Virus record (IMG/VR): IMGVR_UViG_3300032265_003789
Span: 15,734-79,733 of that record
Source of the DNA: a virus
Strand: one strand, 5' to 3'
Length of the DNA: 64,000 bases
The notes beneath the pieces are model-generated. The model was not told where the DNA came from. It worked only from the letters and a program-made list of their open reading frames with translations, and did no database searches. Every line of letters starts with the position of its first letter. The first letter of the stretch is position 1. The translations under genes and the position numbers were made by a program. Below are positions 46,057-54,551 of this stretch, piece after piece.

Positions 46057-47166
46057 ATGGACAAAAAGCTGACAGAGGAATTGACAAAAATTAACCTGCG
46101 ATTAAGCAAAATCAAATTAAGAATTAAAAATAATCGAGTATATCTGAGGGGCACTTTACCGCCTAAACCCAATGAGGGAGTATTACCTCGACAATATGAG
46201 CTAAGCACTGGTTTAGCTGCCAACCCACAGGGATTAAAAATAGCTCTAGCTAGAGCTCAAGAGATTGAATCAAGATTAGTGCTCAATCAATTTAGCTGGG
46301 GTGATTACCTGCAAAACGGCATCCTAGGCACTAAGCCGGCGTCACAGTGGATTGCAGAATTTGAAGAGCATTACTGGCTTACTCACCAGAAAACCACCAA
46401 AAGAAAATATGTTTTTGATGTGCATTGGGGCAACGCATTTAGTCGACTTGCTCCAGATGAGCCACTAAGCGAAAAAGCCATAATTCCAATTATTAGCGCG
46501 TATTCGGTAGATAGTCCCCGTCGCGATATGCTGCTAAATTACTATATTCAATTGTTCAAATTTGCTGGCATAGCAAACACTTTACACCAATTAAAAGTAA
46601 GTTGGAAAGTGAAAATCAAACGAGAACTTCCCAGTGATTTAGAACTAATTGATTTTGTCGATTCAGTCAATCCGGATTACAGGTGGATTTTTGGCACACT
46701 TGCAGCCTATGGTTTACGCAGTCATGAGTTAATAGAATTAGATCTTTCCAGAGCGCATATAGAGCCTTATGTTGTGAAGGTAAGCGACAATACAAAAACT
46801 GGCGCTCGGTTAGTTTATCCTGTACCTGGGGATTGGGTAAATCGCTGGAAATTATACGAAAAGCATGACCCGATATACAAAACACGATTTATTAACTACG
46901 ATTACGGCACTAGAATATACAAACTCTTTCTAAGAGAAACAAAACGACTTAAAATAAGGACAATGAGTCCATATCATTTTAGAGACGCGTATGCAGTGCG
47001 TTGCTCTTTATTGGGAGTAGATGCCGCTATTGCCTCAAAGTGGATGGGGCACAGCTTAAAAATTCACTGGGAATCCTATTTAAAATTCTTTGATGAAAAT
47101 CATCATAATCAAGCTTGGATGGAGATGAACAAAAATATTAAATCAAAATCTAAAAAGGGGCTTTAA
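46057..47166 (+). CDS. int: Tyrosine integrase, cyanobacterial XisA/XisC-like
   Basis: YLRGTLPPKP..FSW N-terminus; YGLRSHE, TKTGAR, YHFRDAYAVR, MGHS..H..Y catalytic residues. Confidence 0.88.
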   Translation: MDKKLTEELTKINLRLSKIKLRIKNNRVYLRGTLPPKPNEGVLPRQYELSTGLAANPQGLKIALARAQEIESRLVLNQFSWGDYLQNGILGTKPASQWIAEFEEHYWLTHQKTTKRKYVFDVHWGNAFSRLAPDEPLSEKAIIPIISAYSVDSPRRDMLLNYYIQLFKFAGIANTLHQLKVSWKVKIKRELPSDLELIDFVDSVNPDYRWIFGTLAAYGLRSHELIELDLSRAHIEPYVVKVSDNTKTGARLVYPVPGDWVNRWKLYEKHDPIYKTRFINYDYGTRIYKLFLRETKRLKIRTMSPYHFRDAYAVRCSLLGVDAAIASKWMGHSLKIHWESYLKFFDENHHNQAWMEMNKNIKSKSKKGL

Positions 47167-47279
47167 TACCAGCCCCAACATCAATCAAAACAACCAAACA
47201 AATTTACTATAACACGAGTAAACTTATTGATTTTTTGATTGATTCCACAGCAAGTTGATTGATTTTGAAAAAAATAGAG

Positions 47280-47493
47280 TTAGGGGAGGTTTAGGGAAGA
47301 TAATTTTAAAAGCGTTGATTTGTAAGGGTTTGATGTGGTTGTCTTAATTTACTCACAATTCATCAACAAAACATCTTCAACCTTCCCTAATCCGTTGAAA
47401 CCTAGCTGGAAAGCTTATTTTGGTATTGACACAATTTTGTCTAATGCTCAAAATATCAATCCATTTAATTTAGTTTAGGGAAGTTTTAGGGAA
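47280..47493. other. Candidate attP with arm-type TTAGGGAAG repeats
   Basis: TTAGGG(A/G)A(G/A) near 47280, 47291, 47475 and 47486, inverted CTTCCCTAA near 47382; immediately downstream of the integrase. Confidence 0.55.
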
Positions 47494-47796
47494 ATGTTTG
47501 CAATCAAATTAGAACACGTGATCACAGGTGCAACTATCTGGGTTGAAGTAACTCAAGAGGAAGAAATGCTCATAGCAATAGAGCGACCTAAACAAGAATA
47601 TCAAATCATAGAGCATACGTTCCCAGTGATAATTGATGCTCACGAAGATTTTGCAACTTTAGTAGCAATTGATAGGGAAGTCGATATTTGGGGTGGCGAC
47701 GCGTTTCGATCTGCTGCTCTCCTGTGCAATAGGAATCTGGAGGCAACACTAGAGCTATTGGAGTTCAGGCAAGCTTTGCTAAATAAAGCTTGTTAA
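47494..47796 (+). CDS. Hypothetical protein
   Basis: ORF track. Confidence 0.5.
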   Translation: MFAIKLEHVITGATIWVEVTQEEEMLIAIERPKQEYQIIEHTFPVIIDAHEDFATLVAIDREVDIWGGDAFRSAALLCNRNLEATLELLEFRQALLNKAC

Positions 47797-48161
47797 CCGC
47801 CAATTTCTGGTGGTTGCGAACCTAAAAAGGACTCTAGTAAGCTAGGGTCTTTTTTTATTACTTGATCGAATTTGTCCAGTTGGGATAACCACTCTCCAAA
47901 AAAAGCGATCCTCATCTCCCAAGGAAGCGCAGTTAGGATTTTATCCAATTGGGTAGTCTTAATCTCGGTAAGCTTGGCTTTCTTGAGCATCGAGATTAGA
48001 TTGGCGCTTTGTCTGCTGGCATCTGCTATCTGCTTGCCAGAAAAGTAAGTGCAGTGATTCAGCTGACTGCCCAAAATAACTGCTGAATTAGGATGCCCAC
48101 CGTTGTCTTGGAAAAACCCCACTTGCTGACTAAAGTTTTTGACTTCAATTTGATTGAGCAT
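47793..48161 (-). CDS. Hypothetical protein
   Basis: AGGAG RBS before ATG at 48161. Confidence 0.55.
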   Translation of the reverse strand: MLNQIEVKNFSQQVGFFQDNGGHPNSAVILGSQLNHCTYFSGKQIADASRQSANLISMLKKAKLTEIKTTQLDKILTALPWEMRIAFFGEWLSQLDKFDQVIKKDPSLLESFLGSQPPEIGG

Positions 48162-48312
48162 GATTATTCTCCTATTTGTTGCCGTAATTACAATTTTAAT
48201 TACTTTTGTTTGGCTGTGAAACAAATTGTCTCACAGTCCAATTTTGTTTTAGACTAATCTATACATATTAGCGAACGTATGGATCAACTAGTTTGTGTAT
48301 TAGCTGGGGTTA

Positions 48313-48624
48313 TCTTCACAACGTCTTCACAGTCTTCACGCGTCTTCACATCGTTCTGTGAAGAGCTGCAATCCATGTAGGGTAAGCTTTTTAGGACTTT
48401 TTAAAGTCATCTTCACGCTCTTCACAGAAAAATAAAAATACTCTTACACGTAGGTGGCTTTATATATTTTTCTGACTTCCTTTTTTATTCTTATATATAT
48501 ATATTTTCTTGTGAAGATAGTGAAGAGTAAAGTAAAAGAGAATTAAAAGCCTTGCCTAGAGCGAGTTTTCCATCTTCACAAATCGATGTGAAGACGCGTG
48601 AAGACTGTGAAGATGCTGTGAAGA
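48313..48624. repeat. Putative replication origin: symmetric TCTTCAC iteron array
   Basis: 14 TCTTCAC/GTGAAGA copies; 52-bp arms 48313-48364 and 48573-48624 are near-perfect inverted repeats around an AT-rich core; near the primase-helicase gene. Confidence 0.75.
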
Positions 48625-48690
48625 CCAATTGGATAGACACAAAAAAAACCGAGGTAGTGCCCCGGGATTAATATTGTGATTGGAGTATAA

Positions 48691-48894
48691 TTACTTTAGT
48701 TCAAGAATATCTGTTATGTCACATTCTAGGTAAGCGCAAAGTTTTTCTAGGACTTCAAAAGTCACTCCTTTAATTTTGTTTTGAGAGAGACGGTTAATAG
48801 TTCCATATGCCACGCCAGAGTTTTTAGCTAATTCCTCTTGGGTAAGATCTCGTTGCGCTAGCAATACCCTAATTTTGGTATGTATCCTTTTCAT
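48691..48894 (-). CDS. XRE/Cro-C1 HTH transcriptional regulator
   Basis: LTQEELAKNSGVAYGTINRL..VLEKLCAYLECDITDIL. Confidence 0.9.
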   Translation of the reverse strand: MKRIHTKIRVLLAQRDLTQEELAKNSGVAYGTINRLSQNKIKGVTFEVLEKLCAYLECDITDILELK

Positions 48895-48983
48895 TAACTT
48901 TTGTAACAATATTTGTTTAAACTATTGCATTTATTGTGCAAGCTCTTGTATATTTATTACAGTAACCTACATTCAATACTACC

Positions 48984-49316
48984 ATGCCTACTTTACTAAA
49001 AGTCAAGCCCGCGTCCAATACAGTTGTTCATGTTAAAGCTTTTACCCCTAGTTTTATTTGTGGAGTCAGATTAAATTCCACTACTGAAGTGCACCTCGGG
49101 ATATTTGAAAAGCAGTATTGCCTCTTTTTCAACAATGATGAGCCCATGCTCATCAAAAGGTATGTATTCCCTCGTGGCTTTGGATTTGCCAAGGCTCAAG
49201 AAATCTTTGTTGAGTTTGCTCAAACCCTTCAAGCCAAACCGTATTTGCTTGAGTATGCGCTTAGAGGCATGTCTCTAGAAAAAGCTCAGGCTCAATATGA
49301 TGCAGAGCGGGTTTAA
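48984..49316 (+). CDS. Hypothetical protein
   Basis: ORF track; divergent from the HTH regulator. Confidence 0.55.
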   Translation: MPTLLKVKPASNTVVHVKAFTPSFICGVRLNSTTEVHLGIFEKQYCLFFNNDEPMLIKRYVFPRGFGFAKAQEIFVEFAQTLQAKPYLLEYALRGMSLEKAQAQYDAERV

Positions 49317-49420
49317 TGTTTTTTGCCCATCTCCCAAGGTGGGCCTTTTTTTTTGCTCTGTAATAGAGTAAGATTTTTACTACAGTGAATTATTTCTGTA
49401 AAGCCTAATTATTTTTAAAA

Positions 49421-52400
49421 ATGTTTTTAGAGGGATCGCAGCTCGAATTACTCAACCTTGGCTCAAGGTTTATCCCGATACAGGGCAATAAAACACCTTG
49501 TGAAGGAGGATGGCAGAATTCCGGCTATACGCTAGAGAGATTTATTGAGCTTTATCAGAGCAACGGATTTAAAACTTACAGAAAAGTTGAGGCAATTGGA
49601 GTAGTTTTAGGAACTGGTCTGATTGCTATTGATTTGGACGGTGAAAGCGCTTTTGCTAAAGCTTGCGAGATATCCGGTCTAAATGAGCCATTACCTCATA
49701 CAGTCTCTTTTAGTAGTGGTAAGCCTCATCGCAGGCAACTGCTTTATAAATACCCCGAAGAAATAAAAATATCTTCTAAACAAATTTCTTGCGCACCAGA
49801 AGAATTATTAGAATTTCGTTTAAAGGGAATGCAATCAGTTATCGCTGGCAAGCATCCCCACACAGGTAGATACCGATGGGTTGAGGGATGCTCACCTAGT
49901 GAAGCATCTATTGCTGATTGCCCCCAGTGGATAATAGATTTTTTATTAAGTTTTAACAGCGCTCCAACTGTTCCAGTGAGCAAACCCAGCCTAGCTTCTC
50001 AAGTTTACGCAGCAGGGGCAATTCCTCTATCTAAGCTGATTTCCAAAAAGCACCAAGAAATTATCAATAGTGGAGTTGGGCAAGGCGGTCGCAACAATGG
50101 CTTAGCTGCTCTTGCCAGAGATTTGATTGGAGCAGAGAACCGAGCTCAAAGCCAAGGTGTCGATTATACCGAGAGCGCTAGAAAATTATTCGATATTGCC
50201 AGTTCAAGGTGTAGCCCTCCATTACCTCAAAGGGAGCTCGAAACTATATGGCGCTCTGCCGAAAAAGGAGATCCTAATTCTTGCTTAGACAGTGAAGCTT
50301 GGGACAATGTGCTCAGCGCGTGGACTCGCAAGCAGATGGCTCCAGCTCACAAGGTAGCCACTGTGCAAGTAGCCACAGTCTCAGGAGAAATCAGAGAGGA
50401 AACCTTTCCAATTGAGCCTCACGGTTTTGTAGTAGTTGACGGACGAATTGGCAGAATTGAAGATAAATTAGAGCCTAAATACACCCTCGAATCAGACGGA
50501 TCGAGAACTCCAGAGTTTGACGCTAAAGGCAAAATCAAGAAGATTTTAGTCCAGAAGTTCAAGCCTTATACTAATTTTACTTTTGATGTAGTCGATATTT
50601 TGGATGACGAATACTCCCAAAACCCCGGACTACTGGTAGAAATCCAAGAGGTGGAAAATCCCAAAAAAGCAAGGGTGCTAATTAGAGATACCTCAATGCA
50701 CCGATTGGCTGATTTGACTAGGGCTTTTTCTTCAGGCTACGGTTCAACCCTGATGAATAACCTCAAGCTGGATCAGCTGAGTGAATTGATTGCAGCCAAG
50801 AAGGAGGACTATATAAAAAATGGAGGTAAGCGCCATATCCTTTCAGCTTGTCGGGGTCAGCAGCCCAGAAGCTCAAATGGCAAAGAGGGCTATTGGGTGT
50901 TTGAAGATATTCAATTTACTCCAGAAGGTGAAGTCTGCTCTTCAGAAAAATCAGGCGTAATTTTTAACAAAACCTACGGAGAAGGAGATGAAATCCCTAA
51001 CCCTAAAATCCTGCCACCAAACCCGGATATTTTGGGCAAGGTGCTTAGGGCAATGCGTAGAGCACTAAGGGAGCAGAACGTTTACCCAGCTCTGTTTCTA
51101 GTAGCTTCTCAGGTGATGGGTTTGCATTACCAGAAAATTCATCGCGCGCGCGGGCATGTGCCCATGACTAACGCAATTGGCGATAGCGGTGGCGGTAAAT
51201 CCACAGCTTCCAAAGTTGCCAGAGCTTTACTCGGATTGCACAAAACCGGGTCTGCTGGGGATTGCAGCGATAGCGCCCTGTTTGAAAACCTGAAATACTT
51301 AGGCGGTCTCTCCTACACAATTGAAGATCCCAAAAAAGATCCAGCTTTTGATGAAACTACTAAAAAAATCTACGACGGGGAGGCGAGGGTCAAAAGAGGC
51401 AACTATCAAAAACCTCTAAGCTCGATCATTGTTACCAGTAACCACGCCATTGGACGTGATGGTGCGGCGATAATGACGCGCTTCAACAGGATTCCTTTTT
51501 TTAGAGATGCCGAGATTGGTAAAGATCAAAGTGATTTTGACGATCTCACCATGGATCTGCTAGACCAAGCCAGTGGCGCGTTTCAACTGCTGCTTAAATT
51601 TGGTTATGACAATACTCAGGTCGAAATCATACGCCAAAGAATTGACAAGTTTCTACCACAGGCTCACAGAAGGATCAGCCCAAACCTTTCTATCCTGACT
51701 TTTTACGCTCTCAAACTAGCTCCTTATGCTGGGCTATCTGAAGAGCAAATCATGAATTACGTCAGTACTGTATTGTGTCGCGTGGCAAACGACCAAGATA
51801 GCGGCAAATCTTCACTGCAAGATTTTGTGGAAAAGCTGAGGGACTTGGAATCTCGTTCATTAATTGGCCCATGGAATTACCGTGAGATTCAAAAACAAAA
51901 TGGGCAGAGGATAGCAGCAATCAAGCTCCAATCAGTCTGGCCCATTTTTGAGCGTATTTATCAGGTGCAATACGACGTTCAGCAAATCAAGGCAGACAAC
52001 GAGCAGAATAACGGTCGCAACGATGGCTGGCAACTGCTAGCCACTAGCCAAAGGGAGTTTCAGGCTTGGGAGGTAAACAACCTTAACCCTGATAGTAATC
52101 AGAAGCTCTATCAATCCAAAAATACTAGATGTATTGAAATCAGGCTAGATAAATTTGATATTTCTCCAGAACCCTTTGAGCAGGATGAGCCTACCGAAAA
52201 TCTGGAGATACCTTTTAGCACTCGTTATGAACAAATTATCAACGCTGAGCCAAAAATGCCTAAACCCGTAGAACCAATAGATAGCCTGCCAGAGATAGTC
52301 AATCCTGATCCGGCTATTACTTTGCCAGAAATACCCAAACCTGAGCCTTCAAATGCTCAAGCCATTGAGCATGAAATTGATGACGATTTGGTAGGAGAAA

Positions 52401-52798
52401 TTATTGATGAGCTCGAGGCTATCCGATCTAGCGGTCGTTATGGTGAATCACTAACTAAGTACAAAGACAATAAAGCTGAGTTTAACCTAGCGTGGCATCA
52501 CAGCGCTAAAGAAGTGCAAGATCGAATACTAGCACTAGACCTAGGGGAGATATCCGCAATTAAAGAATTTAGACCGATTATCCCAAGACCCCCCTGGCTT
52601 GATTGGGAGTCGGGGCAATTGGTGATTTATCGCGGTCGTACCTACTGGTTAGTTGGAGTTGCCGGTGCTGATTGCGAAATTCCCAGTCTCAGGGGGAAAA
52701 ACGCAGTCGAGATCTTGCCAGTAAATGGCAAAGCTATTAGTCAATTTGTAGAAATATTGGAGGTGCGGTCATGGTTACCAAACAGCGCAGCAGCTTAA
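49421..52798 (+). CDS. Bifunctional primase-polymerase / PriCT / helicase replication protein
   Basis: IAIDLDG, SVIAGKHPHTGRYRW (prim-pol); GGRNNGL..CSPPLPQRE (PriCT-1); GDSGGGKST Walker A, IIVTSNH. Confidence 0.85.
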   Translation: MFLEGSQLELLNLGSRFIPIQGNKTPCEGGWQNSGYTLERFIELYQSNGFKTYRKVEAIGVVLGTGLIAIDLDGESAFAKACEISGLNEPLPHTVSFSSGKPHRRQLLYKYPEEIKISSKQISCAPEELLEFRLKGMQSVIAGKHPHTGRYRWVEGCSPSEASIADCPQWIIDFLLSFNSAPTVPVSKPSLASQVYAAGAIPLSKLISKKHQEIINSGVGQGGRNNGLAALARDLIGAENRAQSQGVDYTESARKLFDIASSRCSPPLPQRELETIWRSAEKGDPNSCLDSEAWDNVLSAWTRKQMAPAHKVATVQVATVSGEIREETFPIEPHGFVVVDGRIGRIEDKLEPKYTLESDGSRTPEFDAKGKIKKILVQKFKPYTNFTFDVVDILDDEYSQNPGLLVEIQEVENPKKARVLIRDTSMHRLADLTRAFSSGYGSTLMNNLKLDQLSELIAAKKEDYIKNGGKRHILSACRGQQPRSSNGKEGYWVFEDIQFTPEGEVCSSEKSGVIFNKTYGEGDEIPNPKILPPNPDILGKVLRAMRRALREQNVYPALFLVASQVMGLHYQKIHRARGHVPMTNAIGDSGGGKSTASKVARALLGLHKTGSAGDCSDSALFENLKYLGGLSYTIEDPKKDPAFDETTKKIYDGEARVKRGNYQKPLSSIIVTSNHAIGRDGAAIMTRFNRIPFFRDAEIGKDQSDFDDLTMDLLDQASGAFQLLLKFGYDNTQVEIIRQRIDKFLPQAHRRISPNLSILTFYALKLAPYAGLSEEQIMNYVSTVLCRVANDQDSGKSSLQDFVEKLRDLESRSLIGPWNYREIQKQNGQRIAAIKLQSVWPIFERIYQVQYDVQQIKADNEQNNGRNDGWQLLATSQREFQAWEVNNLNPDSNQKLYQSKNTRCIEIRLDKFDISPEPFEQDEPTENLEIPFSTRYEQIINAEPKMPKPVEPIDSLPEIVNPDPAITLPEIPKPEPSNAQAIEHEIDDDLVGEIIDELEAIRSSGRYGESLTKYKDNKAEFNLAWHHSAKEVQDRILALDLGEISAIKEFRPIIPRPPWLDWESGQLVIYRGRTYWLVGVAGADCEIPSLRGKNAVEILPVNGKAISQFVEILEVRSWLPNSAAA

Positions 52799-53745
52799 AA
52801 ACACATTTATTACTAGAGCCAACCATAGCTCAAATGGTGGCTTATCTTGAGAAAACTTACGGGCATGAAGCGCCAGGCATTGGAGAGAGATATCTGCAAG
52901 TGATGTCTACCCCTCCAGCAAAACTTAGCAATCTTGGTTTGCCTACTTTTACCCCTGGCGAACCATGCCCAGATTGCCAAAGTACCCACACACGTAAGCA
53001 TACTGAGACAACCGCGGGAAACTCTAGTCTGTACTGTCATGATTGCAAAAAATATATTACTTCTAAAGCAGATGAACCAAAGTTTGTAATTCAACCTAAA
53101 AAATGCAAACAAACCTCAAAATCAAGGGCACCTAAAACCTCATGGGCTCAACAAGAATGTCCACATTGTTGGAGCTCTGCTGTTATTTTGCACTCTAGCG
53201 ATTATATCTATTGCAAGGATTGCGCCAAATATAGTCGAAGAGATCCAAGCTCAATTAAACCTAAAATACAATGCCCAAAATGCTCCAGCCACAATACCCG
53301 ATTACACGGACAAGCTCAAATGTACTGCAAAGATTGCACTAGGCATAGTCAAAGGAACCCCAGCCGGATTAAACCTAAAATACAATGTCCAAAATGCACT
53401 AGTCACAATACCAGACTTATAAATAAAGATCAAATCCATTGCAAGGATTGCAATAAGTATAGCCACAAGGATCCCAGCAAAATTAAATCTTCAACTGCCC
53501 TACAATGCTCAAAATGTTTTAGCCACAATACCAAATCACACGGCAAAGATTACATGTACTGCAAAAATTGCAATATGTATAGCCACAAGGATCCCAGCAA
53601 ACTCAAATTTAATATTAAAGCGCAATGTCCAAAATGCTCAGGATTCGAAACTGCATCTCGCGGCAAATTAAACATTTTTTGCTTTAATTGCGAGCAATAT
53701 GTGCGAAGAAATTACACAAAAAAATTACCATTGAAACTAGATTAA
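52771..53745 (+). CDS. Protein with six C4 zinc ribbons, five in tandem
   Basis: CxxC-(S.NT)-x~10-CxxC units of 38-40 aa; ~114-bp DNA repeat. Confidence 0.75.
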   Translation: MVTKQRSSLKTHLLLEPTIAQMVAYLEKTYGHEAPGIGERYLQVMSTPPAKLSNLGLPTFTPGEPCPDCQSTHTRKHTETTAGNSSLYCHDCKKYITSKADEPKFVIQPKKCKQTSKSRAPKTSWAQQECPHCWSSAVILHSSDYIYCKDCAKYSRRDPSSIKPKIQCPKCSSHNTRLHGQAQMYCKDCTRHSQRNPSRIKPKIQCPKCTSHNTRLINKDQIHCKDCNKYSHKDPSKIKSSTALQCSKCFSHNTKSHGKDYMYCKNCNMYSHKDPSKLKFNIKAQCPKCSGFETASRGKLNIFCFNCEQYVRRNYTKKLPLKLD

Positions 53746-53747
53746 AT

Positions 53748-54551
53748 ATGTTTGCAGTACAACAGAGTTTGATATTTGAATCAGTTGCTCCTAAAAAAAC
53801 CAAAAAAACTAGAGCTTCAAAAAGTCAAATTAACTATGAATTGCTGCTCAAAAAAGCAGCTCCTAGCCAAATCGAAGAAGCTCAAAGGCTTTACAGGTTA
53901 TATGGCGCTCAAGACCCCAAAATTGCCCAGAAATATCTCTATATAGTTATTACCAGAAAAGCTCTGCCCTTTAAAGAGAAACCCATGGATAACAATCCTT
54001 GGGATTGCAACGAATTGCTGGAGGATTTGCCCAAAAATTGGCAACAAATGATCTGTGATTTTGTGCAAAACAAATCATATACCACTGCCCAGAAAATACT
54101 AAATCATCTTGTTCCACACAATAATGAATTTTACGAAACACTAGAAAAAGAAGAAGAGCCTGTACCCTTGGTAGACCCATGGGATAAGCAAAGAGTGCTA
54201 GAAATGATTGACCAATATCTCAAGCAAATCAACTGGCACAACGAGCAAATATTTAAGGAATTAAAATCCACCGGGTTTTATCGTAAATATTTGAAATATA
54301 CAGGCGAAAAGCTAAATGAGCAGGCAAGATACAATAGCCTGTTATCATCTAAAAATATTGTTGATCATGCCCAGCAATTTGAAGCAATTGATGCTACTGC
54401 AATTATTAGCTTTTATCAGCTTGATATTGAGCCTCAAGCAATTGATTATGTAATCAGAATACTAAGGTTTTCTGATTTTCTGGTACATACCAAATATGCC
54501 GATTCAAGGCTTGATAAATATACTTATCTTTTTAGACAACAATATGACTAA
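53748..54551 (+). CDS. Hypothetical protein
   Basis: ORF track; ATG at 53748. Confidence 0.6.
   Translation: MFAVQQSLIFESVAPKKTKKTRASKSQINYELLLKKAAPSQIEEAQRLYRLYGAQDPKIAQKYLYIVITRKALPFKEKPMDNNPWDCNELLEDLPKNWQQMICDFVQNKSYTTAQKILNHLVPHNNEFYETLEKEEEPVPLVDPWDKQRVLEMIDQYLKQINWHNEQIFKELKSTGFYRKYLKYTGEKLNEQARYNSLLSSKNIVDHAQQFEAIDATAIISFYQLDIEPQAIDYVIRILRFSDFLVHTKYADSRLDKYTYLFRQQYD

Noticed and set aside
52771-53745. IS1-family transposon
   Set aside because: Only Zn ribbons are present; no DDE domain, terminal inverted repeats or target duplication.
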